From positions 384,001 to 448,000 of the forward strand of contig JBQTHB010000005.1 of assembly GCA_052390235.1 (NCBI GenBank): DNA of 64,000 bases, in the 5' to 3' direction. Made by a program: the position numbers and the translations under genes. This DNA is from Deltaproteobacteria bacterium (lineage in GTDB: Bacteria; Desulfobacterota_D; UBA1144; Nemesobacterales; CSP1-2). Below the pieces are notes generated by a model, which ran no database searches, was not told the DNA's origin, and was given only the letters and a program-made list of their open reading frames with translations. Positions 52,133 to 61,900 of the stretch are shown here, piece after piece (within the stretch, counting starts at the first letter, position 1; each line of letters starts with the position of its first letter).

Positions 52133-53350
52133 CTAGTTTGCAAGCGTGGATACGAGCTTGAACATCGGCAGGTACATTGACACCACTATCACTCCCACAG
52201 TGCCTCCCAGAAACGCTATCATCGCAGGCTCAAGCGCGGACATCAGGGCGGCTACGGCAACGTCAACCTCTTCTTCATAAAAGTCCGCAATTTTATTCAA
52301 CATATCATCGAGCGCGCCCGTCTGCTCGCCCACGGAAATCATCTGCACGACCATTGGGGGGAATATATTCGGTCGCCCAGATATGGCATCGGCAAGGGTC
52401 TGCCCCTCGCTGACAGCTTTTCTCGCTTCGAGTATTGCCTCTTCGGCTATCATGTTGCCGGAGGCTTTCGCCGTAACCTCAAGCCCGTCTAAAATGGCGA
52501 TTCCCCCTGCGGTGAGGGTCGCCAGGGTGCGGCAGAATCTCGCCACGGTTGTCTTGAGAAGGAGCGTTCCCACGAGCCAGATTCTGAGCAAAAACCCGTC
52601 CATGAGCCTTCGCATCTTCTCAGACCTCCGATATGAAAACACCGATAGAAACGAAATAAGCCCTATGGCTATGAGTATATAAACGATGTTTCGCCTAAAG
52701 AATCCGCTTGCGTCCACTATTACCTGAGTGAGGTAGGGCAGGGACGTGCCTAAGTCCTTAAACAGCTCGGCGAATGTCGGCACAACGAACAGAAGCACTA
52801 TCGAAAGCACCACAATCGCCACTAAAATAACTATTGACGGATAAATCATAGCCCCTTTGATTTTCCGCTTAATATTCTCGATTTTCTCCAGATAAACCGA
52901 CAGCCTCTGGAGTATCACGTCAAGCACGCCGCCGGACTCCCCCGCCCGCGCGAGGTTCACGTACAGCGCGTTGAAAACCCCGGGGTGCTTCTCTAGGGCG
53001 TCGGCAAATGTGGAGCCTCCCTCGACGCTTTCTTTCACCTGAGTGATGATGCTCTTAAATTTCGCGCTAGTCTGCTGCGACGCCAGCACTTCAAGGGATT
53101 TCACTATTGGCAGTCCCGCGTCAACCATCGTGGACATCTGCCTGGTGAATATCACCAGGTCTTTGCTTGATACCGAGCCGAAGAGGTCAATATTGAAATC
53201 GAAGAAGCGTCCCTTTTCTTTGATTCTTTCCGGCAGGGGCTGGATCTGCATCTGCCGAAGGCGCGCAAGCACGGCGGATTTGCTCGGAGCGTCCATCTCT
53301 CCTTTCTCAATTTTACTTCCCACTCTACCTTCCCACACATATACCGGCAT
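52133..53350 (-). CDS. pilC: Type IV pilus platform protein
   Basis: FTRQMSTM..AG, AGESGG, GEQTG and MYLPMF motifs. Confidence 0.93.
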   Translation of the reverse strand: MPVYVWEGRVGSKIEKGEMDAPSKSAVLARLRQMQIQPLPERIKEKGRFFDFNIDLFGSVSSKDLVIFTRQMSTMVDAGLPIVKSLEVLASQQTSAKFKSIITQVKESVEGGSTFADALEKHPGVFNALYVNLARAGESGGVLDVILQRLSVYLEKIENIKRKIKGAMIYPSIVILVAIVVLSIVLLFVVPTFAELFKDLGTSLPYLTQVIVDASGFFRRNIVYILIAIGLISFLSVFSYRRSEKMRRLMDGFLLRIWLVGTLLLKTTVARFCRTLATLTAGGIAILDGLEVTAKASGNMIAEEAILEARKAVSEGQTLADAISGRPNIFPPMVVQMISVGEQTGALDDMLNKIADFYEEEVDVAVAALMSALEPAMIAFLGGTVGVIVVSMYLPMFKLVSTLAN

Positions 53351-53383
53351 CGGCTCTGCTCCTGTTTCATCTTTTTGAATGCT

Positions 53384-54481
53384 CTATCTGGCTACGCGAG
53401 TTTCGGCGACTCTACCGCCGGGGGCGGCGATAATTCTCTTCAACTCGTCAACCTCTTGGCTCTTCGTTATTGCCTCTTCATAACTAATGAGCCGCTTCAG
53501 ATATAAATCAGCTAGGGATTGGTTTAGGGTCTGCATCTGCCACTTGTCTTGTCCTATCTGTTGCTGCGAGTAAATTTGATGGACTTTGTCCTCGCGGATG
53601 AGGTTTCTAATAGCCGGATTCGGCACCAGTACCTCAATTGCAAGCGCCCTTCCGCCGCCGATTTTGGGAACGAGCGTCTGACACAGTATCCCCTCCAGCA
53701 CGAAGGAGAGCTGCGCCCGTATCTGTGCTTGCTCGTGAGGGGGGAAAACGTCAATAACGCGGTTTATTGTCTGCACGGCGGTGTTGGTGTGGAGCGTGGC
53801 AAGGGTGAGGTGTCCGGTTTCGGAGAGGGTTAGGGCGATTTTGATGGTCTCAAGGTCTCTGAGTTCCCCGATGAGAATGACGTCGGGGTCTTCTCTGAGG
53901 ACGCTGCGCAGGGCGTTGCTAAAGCTCTTAGTGTCGCTTCCGACCTCTCTTTGGTTTACGACGCAGTTTTTATGGTCAAAGAGATATTCTATCGGGTCTT
54001 CGATGGTAACTATGTGTTCGTGCCGCTCCTGATTTATCTGGTCTATCATGCCGGCGAGCGTTGTGGTTTTCCCTGAGCCTGTGGGGCCAGTTACGAGGAT
54101 GAGTCCTCTGGGCTTTTTTATGAGTTGCGAGACGACCGGCGGAAGCCCGAGTTCATTAAGGTTTCTAATTTTATAAGGGATGAGACGGAACGCTCCGGCC
54201 ACTGCGCCGCGCTGCGTATATACGTTTCCGCGAAATCTTCCCAGACCCCTCATGCCGAACGAGAAATCAATCTCCAGATTCTCCTCGAACCTGTGTTTCT
54301 GCGCCTCGGTAAGAACGCTGTAGCACAGGTCTTTGGTCTCTGTGGGGTTAAGCGGGGGATGTTTAACCGGAACGAGCTTTCCGTCAATTCTCAGCGAGGG
54401 AGCGACCCCAGCGGTTATGTGCAGGTCTGAAGCTGCGCTTTCAACAGTTACTTTCAGCAGTTCGTGAAGCGATGTCGCCAT
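53384..54481 (-). CDS. pilT: Type IV pilus retraction ATPase
   Basis: GPTGSGKTT, IEDPIE, LREDPD and AIRNLIRE motifs. Confidence 0.96.
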   Translation of the reverse strand: MATSLHELLKVTVESAASDLHITAGVAPSLRIDGKLVPVKHPPLNPTETKDLCYSVLTEAQKHRFEENLEIDFSFGMRGLGRFRGNVYTQRGAVAGAFRLIPYKIRNLNELGLPPVVSQLIKKPRGLILVTGPTGSGKTTTLAGMIDQINQERHEHIVTIEDPIEYLFDHKNCVVNQREVGSDTKSFSNALRSVLREDPDVILIGELRDLETIKIALTLSETGHLTLATLHTNTAVQTINRVIDVFPPHEQAQIRAQLSFVLEGILCQTLVPKIGGGRALAIEVLVPNPAIRNLIREDKVHQIYSQQQIGQDKWQMQTLNQSLADLYLKRLISYEEAITKSQEVDELKRIIAAPGGRVAETRVAR

Positions 54482-54551
54482 TTTTTATCTCCTTAGGTTG
54501 TCGGGCAAATTCTGGGGCGGCGATTCGGAACTGCGATGTAGGTGGGCGGAT

Positions 54552-56318
54552 TTAATTGTCTCCGGCGGTTGTTCTTACCACTTCTTCAACCGTGGTAACG
54601 CCCTGTTTGAGCTTTCTAAGCGCGCTCTGCCGGAGGGTTCTCATCCCCTGCCTTACGGCTTCGCGCCTCAATTCAAGGGCCGAGGCGCCGCTTATTATAA
54701 ACTCCCTTAACTCCTCTGAAATCGTCATAACCTCATACACCGCGACCCTGCCCCTATATCCCGTTCCGAGGCAATTTTTACAGCCGTCCCCTTTGCCTTT
54801 GTAAAGTATATAGTCGGATATTTCTTTTGGTGATACTCCAAGCTCAATTAAAATCTGGGGCGAAACGTCAATATTTTCCCTGCACACTCCGCAGACTTTT
54901 CTAATGAGCCTCTGGGCTACTACGGCGTTTAGCGATGCCGTTACCAAGAACGGCTCAACGCCCATGTTGAGCAGTCTCGTAACCGTTGAAGGGGCGTCGT
55001 TGGTGTGGAGGGTGGACAGCACTAGGTGTCCCGTGAGGGCGGCTTTAATGGCGATTTCGGCGGTTTCGTAGTCTCGGACTTCGCCCACTAGAATAATGTC
55101 CGGGTCTTGCCTGAGGAAAGAGCGAAGGCAGGAACTGAAGCTCAGTCCTATTTCGTCGTGAACCTGCACCTGATTCACTCCCGTAAGGCTGTATTCAACC
55201 GGGTCTTCGGCTGTGCAGATGTTTACATCCGCCCGGTTCAGCTCCATGAGCCCTGAGTAAAGCGTCGTTGTCTTGCCGCTTCCCGTGGGGCCCGTGAGCA
55301 GAACCATGCCGTAGGGTTTATAGATTGCGTCTCTGAATCCGGCAAGTTGGTCTTGCTCGAATCCGAGCTTCGTGAGGTCAAGCTGAAGGGACTCTTTATC
55401 GAGAAGCCGCATCACGATTTTCTCTCCGAAAATGGTCGGCACTACAGAGACGCGGAATTCCATATTTTTGCCCTTCGAGAGTTTCAGCTTGATTCTGCCG
55501 TCCTGCGGGAGTCTGCGCTCGGCAATATCGAGATTTGCCATGACCTTCACCCTCGAGGAGACGGCGTTTCTGAGCTTAAGCGGGGGGCGCACGGAATCAT
55601 AAAGCACGCCGTCAATCCTGTATCTCACTCTGAACTCTCTTTCGTAAGGCTCGATGTGGATGTCGCTCGCCTCGCGCCTAATGGCATCGAGCAGGATGTG
55701 GTTGACGAGCCTTATGACGGGGGCTTGCTCGGAGGCTTTTTCAAGCTCGCTTACGTCAATCTCTTGGTCGCCCTTGATGTCTAGGACGAACTCCTCAAGC
55801 TCCCCGATGAGCTGGATGACCTTGCCCTCGCTCTCCTGGGCTTTGACCTTTGCTTCCCACTCTTTTTGAGTGCCGTAGCTTTTGTCAATTGATTTTTTTA
55901 TTGACAGCTCGGAGGCGACCATGACCTCGATGTTTCTGCCCGTGGCGAATTTTAAGTCGTCTATGGCGAATATATTAGAGGGGTCAGCCATTGCCACGAC
56001 GAGATTCGCCCCAGATAGGTTTATCGGCACGAGCTTGTGCTTTGTCGCCGATTCCCTTGAGACGAGCTTTACGGCTTCTTCCAAGATTTCGTATTGCTCC
56101 AGATTAACCGCCGGCACTCCGTACTGCTTGCTCAAGTAGGTTACAAGCATATTGTCGTCAATGTAGCCGAGGTTAATCAGCGCTTCGCCGAGACGCTTTC
56201 CGCTTTGCTTCTGCTCGTCGAGGGCGCTTCTGAGCTGGTCTAGGCTTATGACGTCCTCACGGATTAAGATGTCTCCGATGCGGGCGTTTGTATGTAGGCT
56301 TTGTCTCTTTGTACTCAT
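54552..56318 (-). CDS. pilB: Type IV pilus assembly ATPase
   Basis: SDIHIEP, RLPQDG, Walker A, LRQDPD and Zn-binding CxxC pairs; start moved to ATG 56318. Confidence 0.95.
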   Translation of the reverse strand: MSTKRQSLHTNARIGDILIREDVISLDQLRSALDEQKQSGKRLGEALINLGYIDDNMLVTYLSKQYGVPAVNLEQYEILEEAVKLVSRESATKHKLVPINLSGANLVVAMADPSNIFAIDDLKFATGRNIEVMVASELSIKKSIDKSYGTQKEWEAKVKAQESEGKVIQLIGELEEFVLDIKGDQEIDVSELEKASEQAPVIRLVNHILLDAIRREASDIHIEPYEREFRVRYRIDGVLYDSVRPPLKLRNAVSSRVKVMANLDIAERRLPQDGRIKLKLSKGKNMEFRVSVVPTIFGEKIVMRLLDKESLQLDLTKLGFEQDQLAGFRDAIYKPYGMVLLTGPTGSGKTTTLYSGLMELNRADVNICTAEDPVEYSLTGVNQVQVHDEIGLSFSSCLRSFLRQDPDIILVGEVRDYETAEIAIKAALTGHLVLSTLHTNDAPSTVTRLLNMGVEPFLVTASLNAVVAQRLIRKVCGVCRENIDVSPQILIELGVSPKEISDYILYKGKGDGCKNCLGTGYRGRVAVYEVMTISEELREFIISGASALELRREAVRQGMRTLRQSALRKLKQGVTTVEEVVRTTAGDN

Positions 56319-56496
56319 GTGCTGCCTGAAGAAATCCCATTTACAGATGCGCAAACCTAAGGTCTCGCCGATACATCTGCCGTCCTGCTGTGGTTTACTC
56401 TCTAGCCCGGACGCTAATACACCAGTCAATTATACAATAAATACCGTTTCACTTACAACGGGCATCTGCTCTGCGGCGGAATTATAAAAGCGGCTA

Positions 56497-56534
56497 TTAA
56501 CGCCCGCTTAACCCGCGCTTAAAACATATTTAAC
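56497..56534 (+). promoter_or_regulatory. Pho-box-like 11-bp direct repeat array
   Basis: TTAAC/TTAAC/TTAAA/TTAAC at 56497, 56508, 56519 and 56530. Confidence 0.65.
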
Positions 56535-56558
56535 CCTCCTCGGCAATAGTAATTACAG

Positions 56559-57287
56559 ATGACCATATCCCTCGACGAGCTTACGATAATTCTCCCCACG
56601 CGGAACGAAGCCCGAAACATCGCCCGCGCTCTCGCCTCCCTCCCCCCCGAAGTCGCCCTAATTGTCGTTGACGCAAGCTCGGATGAGACCCCGAACATTA
56701 TCTCGGAGGCACGGGCGCGCAACACCACAGTCATAAAAAAATCCTGCTCCGTAACCGAGGCGCGCCAAATCGGGGCTGACGCCGCAGGAACGGATTGGCT
56801 TCTGTTCACTGACGCCGACATCGTCTTTGCCCCCCGCTACTTTGAGAATCTCGAGAGCGGCGGCGCTGACCTCATCTACGGACCAAAACTCTCAAGGGAT
56901 GAATTCTCCGCCTACTACAGGTGGTTTGCGCGCGGACAGGGCTGGCTTCAGGCAATAGGCGTTCCGGCGGCTTCCGGCTCGAATCTGATAGTAAGGCGAT
57001 GCGCCCTCGCCTCGGCAGGGGGGTTTGACCTTCGCCTCCCCTGTAACGAAGACTCAGAGGCGGCTTGGAGGGTGGCTCGCGCGGGGTTTAAGACCCGATT
57101 CGCCCCGGATTTGATTGTCTATGCCTCAGACCACAGGAGGCTCAGCCGCGGAGCTGTCTGTAAGACTATGCACTCCCTAGCGAGGTGCGCGCTTCTATAT
57201 TTGAACCTCATGCCGAGCAGGTGGAGGGGGCATGATTGGGGATATTGGAAACACAGACGCGAGGAGGCGGACAATGGAATTAGATGA
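56559..57287 (+). CDS. Family 2 glycosyltransferase
   Basis: ILPTRNE, VVD.SSD.T, FTDAD, GGFD and NED motifs. Confidence 0.9.
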   Translation: MTISLDELTIILPTRNEARNIARALASLPPEVALIVVDASSDETPNIISEARARNTTVIKKSCSVTEARQIGADAAGTDWLLFTDADIVFAPRYFENLESGGADLIYGPKLSRDEFSAYYRWFARGQGWLQAIGVPAASGSNLIVRRCALASAGGFDLRLPCNEDSEAAWRVARAGFKTRFAPDLIVYASDHRRLSRGAVCKTMHSLARCALLYLNLMPSRWRGHDWGYWKHRREEADNGIR

Positions 57288-57912
57288 GAACTGCGATGCG
57301 CGGGTAGCCGATTACGTATCCTACATAAAACCCGGATTCGCTGAGCGAGCGGCGGAGATTATATCGGCTTTGAGCAGTCCCCCGATTCTGGCTGTAGCCG
57401 GGATCATCGTCGGGGCGGAGACGATAAATCAGGACTACGCCCGAATTTGGACAGCGGCTTTTATTACTCTCTCTATAATCCCCCCAATACTGTACGTGCT
57501 GTGGCTTGTGCGGCGGGGCGGGGCGTCGAATTTTCATCTCGACGTGAGGAGCCACAGAACCCGTCCTCTGCTTGCCATACTCGGCAACAGCGCCCTTGTC
57601 TGGATGATATTTCTCATCGCCGGAGCGCCCGAGCTACTACTGGCGATAGCCGCCGCCGGATTTGCCGCCGTTGGGCTGATTCTCGCCGTTACGATGATAT
57701 GGAAAATCAGCGGACACGCGGCTTCCGCAGGCGGGATTACGGCAACGGTTTGCGTGCTATTCGGGCAGGACGCGCTCTTTGCGGCTGGGATTGTGCCGGT
57801 TGTGGCGTGGTCGCGGATACAACTCGGAAAACACACCCTCGCTCAAACCCTCGCCGGAGCGGCTCTGGGGGGAGCGATATTCACCGCCGCGCTCTACATC
57901 GCCGAAATTTGA
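57274..57912 (+). CDS. PAP2-like integral membrane phosphatase-family protein
   Basis: Multi-TM; WKISGH and WSRIQLGKHT motifs. Confidence 0.7.
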   Translation: MELDENCDARVADYVSYIKPGFAERAAEIISALSSPPILAVAGIIVGAETINQDYARIWTAAFITLSIIPPILYVLWLVRRGGASNFHLDVRSHRTRPLLAILGNSALVWMIFLIAGAPELLLAIAAAGFAAVGLILAVTMIWKISGHAASAGGITATVCVLFGQDALFAAGIVPVVAWSRIQLGKHTLAQTLAGAALGGAIFTAALYIAEI

Positions 57913-57960
57913 TTATATGAAAGCCGAAGCCGAACATAAACCCATGATAAGGATGAAATA

Positions 57961-58944
57961 ATGAAGCTCCTACTCGTAACAGACGCGTGGTTTCCCCAAG
58001 TAAACGGCGTAGTCCACACCCTCGATAACGTCATGAACATCATCCGAAAAAATCACGAAGTCCTCATCGTGCATCCGAACGTCGAGGGAGCGGAACACCT
58101 GTTCACCTTCTACTATGACATTCCATTTGTTAAAAATCCCCTTCAGGTCGTGAGGAAATATTACGCCAAATTCAAGCCAGACCGCGTTCACATCGCAACC
58201 GAGGGTAGTCTGGGGCTTGCGATGAGGCAGTTTTGTGTCGGCAACCGCATCGGATGCAACACCTCCTATCACACGCGCCTCGACGACTACGGCTGGATTC
58301 ACTACGGAGTGCCGAAATTCATCACCAAGCGCTATTTGAAGTGGTTTCACGGCTATAGCCGCAAGGTTCTGGTAACCACCCGGAGCATTGCCAAAATCCT
58401 AGGGCTTAAGAACTCGACGGTCTGGGGCAGGGGGGTTGACACCGCTCTATTTAAGAGAGAACCCGAGGTCTGCTCGCCTGAGAAAACGATAATTTTCGTC
58501 GGGCGCGTGAGCCGAGATAAAAACCTCGACGATTTCTGCCAAATCCCCGGACTGAGAAAAATCCTCGTTGGCGACGGTCCCTATCTTAGAACCCTCAAAT
58601 CCCGCTACCCAGATGTAGAATTTGCGGGCTATGTGCCGAATTCACAGCTCAGGCGCTGGTACGCGAAGGCTCAGGTGTTCGTCTTCCCAAGCAGATCCGA
58701 CACGTTCGGGCTTGTGATGCTAGAGGCTATGGCGTGCGGACTTCCCGTAGCCGCATACGACGTTCCCAGCCCCAGCGACATCGTTCAGACGGGGGTAACC
58801 GGGATTCTCGGAGATGATTTAGCCCAGAGCGTTGAGCGCGCCTTTGCGGATTTGGATAATTTATCCGAAAATGCCGTCCGCTACGCCGAATCCCAAAGCT
58901 GGCAGTCTATTGCCGACCAATTCGTAGCGCACCTGTGCGAGTAG
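57961..58944 (+). CDS. GT4 glycosyltransferase, Agt-like glycolipid synthase
   Basis: VTDAWFPQVNGVV, HIATEG.LG, SYHT, WGRGVD and FPSRSDTFGLVMLEA motifs. Confidence 0.85.
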   Translation: MKLLLVTDAWFPQVNGVVHTLDNVMNIIRKNHEVLIVHPNVEGAEHLFTFYYDIPFVKNPLQVVRKYYAKFKPDRVHIATEGSLGLAMRQFCVGNRIGCNTSYHTRLDDYGWIHYGVPKFITKRYLKWFHGYSRKVLVTTRSIAKILGLKNSTVWGRGVDTALFKREPEVCSPEKTIIFVGRVSRDKNLDDFCQIPGLRKILVGDGPYLRTLKSRYPDVEFAGYVPNSQLRRWYAKAQVFVFPSRSDTFGLVMLEAMACGLPVAAYDVPSPSDIVQTGVTGILGDDLAQSVERAFADLDNLSENAVRYAESQSWQSIADQFVAHLCE

Positions 58945-59055
58945 AGGGAGTCTGATTAATTCGCCCGTCCCTCCGGGCAGGATGAGAGTGAGCGGTTGCA
59001 AGCGATTTGGGCAAATACGGCCATAAGCTCTCGATCTATTGGCTGAGAGTATCTC

Positions 59056-60099
59056 TTACGCCCCCCAGCCGCCGAGCAGGAGGCTCTTTAGGCTGCCTTC
59101 TGACTCATTCGCCGCACACTCCAGCGCCTGCTCGACAATATCGGGGATTATATATTCGTACTTCGCCCTCATGGATTCGGGAGCGGGGGAGTTTATCCAG
59201 TCCTCAAGGGCGCGGGTGAAATTAGTGTCAATTTTTTTTATCGCTGCAACGCCCAGCCTTTTTAGGGCTTCGGCATTGCAGTCCTGCTCATATTGGCCTT
59301 TCATAGGCACAACCATGAGCTTTTTACCTAGAAAAAGGGCTTCCGCAGGCGTATCGAAACCCGCCCCGCACAGAAGTCCCTCGCAGCTCGTAAGACTCCT
59401 CGCAAACCCTCCGGCGCTTATCGGATGCACCGCGACGTTCCCATCAAAATACGTCGCACCTCTGTGATGCTTGGAGAAAACCTCCCAGCGAACATCCACC
59501 GCCTTTAACGCGTCTAGAATGTATCTCTCGTGGAAGGCGGGCAGATATACCGTGAAGTGTCCCGCGTCTCTCACCTCTGCGCACCGGATTTCCTCTCTTA
59601 TTACGGGGGTATGGATGAACGAGTCGTATTGCTCGAAATGAAACCCCACTGGCCTCTCGCACGGGGCGTACCACTTCATTACCGCCTCGGCCAGCCGATT
59701 TCGCCTTTTCGGTCTCGGAGTCAGGGGCGACAGGAACGAGGCATGATGCGACAGGGCGACGCTCGCAGTCCCCTTCATTTTCGCCGCCCACGCCGACACA
59801 GGCTCGAAATCGCTTATGACCAGGTCGTAGCGCTCCACGGGCAGAGCCGAAATATCGGAGATGAATTTGCTGAATTTCGCGTTTTTCACCGACCCCCAAT
59901 AGTCAATTCCCCCCTGTCTGCCGAAAACGAACCCAAGCCCTGCGAGGCGGAATTTCACGGGGAGTCCAATATCAATCTCGTGCTGGCTTTCGCTCAGAAG
60001 GATGTCAACCTCGGCGCGCTTTGATAGGTATTTGATTATCTCTTTCGAGCGGCTTATATGTCCGTTTCCCGTTCCTTGAATGCCGTATAGGATTTTCAT
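59056..60099 (-). CDS. GT-B glycosyltransferase (MJ1255/VC2487-like)
   Basis: YGIQGTGNGHISR, ISDFEP, GAGF..EAL and GQYEQ..NA motifs. Confidence 0.8.
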   Translation of the reverse strand: MKILYGIQGTGNGHISRSKEIIKYLSKRAEVDILLSESQHEIDIGLPVKFRLAGLGFVFGRQGGIDYWGSVKNAKFSKFISDISALPVERYDLVISDFEPVSAWAAKMKGTASVALSHHASFLSPLTPRPKRRNRLAEAVMKWYAPCERPVGFHFEQYDSFIHTPVIREEIRCAEVRDAGHFTVYLPAFHERYILDALKAVDVRWEVFSKHHRGATYFDGNVAVHPISAGGFARSLTSCEGLLCGAGFDTPAEALFLGKKLMVVPMKGQYEQDCNAEALKRLGVAAIKKIDTNFTRALEDWINSPAPESMRAKYEYIIPDIVEQALECAANESEGSLKSLLLGGWGA

Positions 60100-60105
60100 T
60101 GTCGG

Positions 60106-60819
60106 TTACTCCATCTGGTGCAGACGCACGCCGCCGTCGCCTATGGATATGTAATTCGAGGGCGTATCAGTCCAGCATCCGGCGTTGTAGTAGTGGACGT
60201 TCTCCGCCTGCATCGACATCGCCTCGTGGGTGTGTCCGCAGAATACGTAGCTTGCCCCTGTGCCGAGGGCGTATCCGACCGCCGATGCCGCCACTTTCTT
60301 CGAGAGGTCGAAAAGGGTCGTGGATTTCCTATCGAGATACCGCGATAGGACGTATTTTTTCGAGTCAATTCTGCGGGCAAGGCGGTGAAGCAGGCAGGCG
60401 GCTTCGGTCAAAATCGAGTTGTTCTTGATGAAATCGTCGAATTGATGACCGTGCATAGCGAGGTATTTTTTCCCTTTGTACTCCCAAGAGTATTCAATGC
60501 AGGATTTAATTCCGAGCAGAGTGGGGATGACCTGCCGGAGTCCCTCGTCGTGGTTTCCCTCTATCCAAACCACTTCCTTTCGGCGGGACAGTTGCTTGAT
60601 ATAGCTTATGAAATCCCAATGGAGCTTTGACATCTGCCCGAGGTTGAGGCTGTCGAACACGTCCCCAAGGAGTATGAGCCGCTCGAACGTCCACGATTCG
60701 AGTACTAGTTTTAACTCCTCGGCGCGGCTTAAGTCCGACCCAAGGTGGATGTCGGAGACAATTATCGTGTCGGTTTGGCTGAGCGCTTCGTGATGCGGGT
60801 TTGAATTAGCGTTTGTCAT
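60106..60819 (-). CDS. Metallophosphoesterase, PlcP/LpxH-like (probable phospholipase C)
   Basis: SDIHLG, GD, GNHD, HGHQFD, GHTH and YYNAGCW motifs. Confidence 0.8.
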   Translation of the reverse strand: MTNANSNPHHEALSQTDTIIVSDIHLGSDLSRAEELKLVLESWTFERLILLGDVFDSLNLGQMSKLHWDFISYIKQLSRRKEVVWIEGNHDEGLRQVIPTLLGIKSCIEYSWEYKGKKYLAMHGHQFDDFIKNNSILTEAACLLHRLARRIDSKKYVLSRYLDRKSTTLFDLSKKVAASAVGYALGTGASYVFCGHTHEAMSMQAENVHYYNAGCWTDTPSNYISIGDGGVRLHQME

Positions 60820-60852
60820 TTTTCTTTTTTACTTTAATTATGCGACTCGATT

Positions 60853-60890
60853 ATTGCCGCAATATGAAAAAATCGTTAAGCAGAAATTAA
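60853..60890 (-). promoter_or_regulatory. Pho-box-like 11-bp direct repeat array
   Basis: Minus strand TTAAT/TTAAC/TTCAT/GCAAT at an exact 11-bp pitch. Confidence 0.6.
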
Positions 60891-60958
60891 AGCCCTACTC
60901 CCCCACTGCGCGGGATTAAGATGGATACACTCGCCTCTGCGCGCATTTCTCTTGCCGC

Positions 60959-60996
60959 TTAAGCCCGAATTCACGGGTTTTTCATCTCCTATACAC
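60959..60996 (+). promoter_or_regulatory. Pho-box-like 11-bp direct repeat array
   Basis: TTAAG/TTCAC/TTCAT/TACAC at 60959, 60970, 60981 and 60992. Confidence 0.6.
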
Positions 60997-61039
60997 AATT
61001 GCGCTCTAATCTGGTCAATATCAATAAAGGAGGCAATCC

Positions 61040-61900
61040 ATGATAGGCGATAAAATGGCTTCTCTTAAAAGCGCGGTATCCGATACAAACGCCCTCGTGC
61101 AGGCGTATATCTGGAAGCTCAAATTTTTTAAGCCCAAGGTTTTAATCTCGATGGATACGAGCAGATTCCTCATTAAAACCGCCGAGAATGGGTTTGAGCT
61201 TCAAAGGGCGCTAACCCTCAGATACGAGGTTTTCTACCGCGAGCTTCTGAACAAGAAATCATTTCTGCACATTGACATTGACAGGTTTGATTTCATCGCC
61301 GACCACTTGATAATTGTGGATAAGAGGTCTGACGAGGTCGTCGGCACTTACAGGCTCATCTCGTCCAATTTCTCGAATACCTTTTACTCTGAGAGCGAAT
61401 TTCAAATTGACCGCATCAAGGCTGATAAGCGGGGGAAACTGGAACTCGGCAGGGCGTGCGTTCACCGCGATTATAGAAATGGAGCGGTGATAACCCTTCT
61501 GTGGCGGGGGATTGTCGAGTACATGAAGGGCGTCGGGGCGAAGTATCTATTTGGATGCTCCAGCGTGAACACTACAAATCTCATCGAAATCGGTTTAATA
61601 TATGAGTACATGAAAGGGCTTTACCTATCCGCCGACGAATTCAGGGCGCATCCAAGGGGCAAGTACCGCGTTGACCCGATGGACAGATACGCCGCCGCGT
61701 TTGAGAAATTCGATATAAAAATGGAGGCGATTGAAGACCTAATTCCGCCGCTTGTGAAGATGTACCTCAAAGCCGGGGCTAGGGTCTGCGGCGAGCCTGC
61801 GTTGGATAGGAAATTCAAGTGCGCCGATTTCCTTACGATTCTCGATATGGAGCTTCTCGATAAATCTTTCGAGAGGAAGTATAGGGCTAAGAATGCTTAG
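61040..61900 (+). CDS. GNAT N-acyltransferase, OlsB-like (amino lipid synthesis)
   Basis: LRYEVF, DIDRFD..DHL, VGTYRL, FYSESEF, ELGRACV, LFGCSS and PPL..YL..GA.VCGEPA.D..F motifs. Confidence 0.82.
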   Translation: MIGDKMASLKSAVSDTNALVQAYIWKLKFFKPKVLISMDTSRFLIKTAENGFELQRALTLRYEVFYRELLNKKSFLHIDIDRFDFIADHLIIVDKRSDEVVGTYRLISSNFSNTFYSESEFQIDRIKADKRGKLELGRACVHRDYRNGAVITLLWRGIVEYMKGVGAKYLFGCSSVNTTNLIEIGLIYEYMKGLYLSADEFRAHPRGKYRVDPMDRYAAAFEKFDIKMEAIEDLIPPLVKMYLKAGARVCGEPALDRKFKCADFLTILDMELLDKSFERKYRAKNA

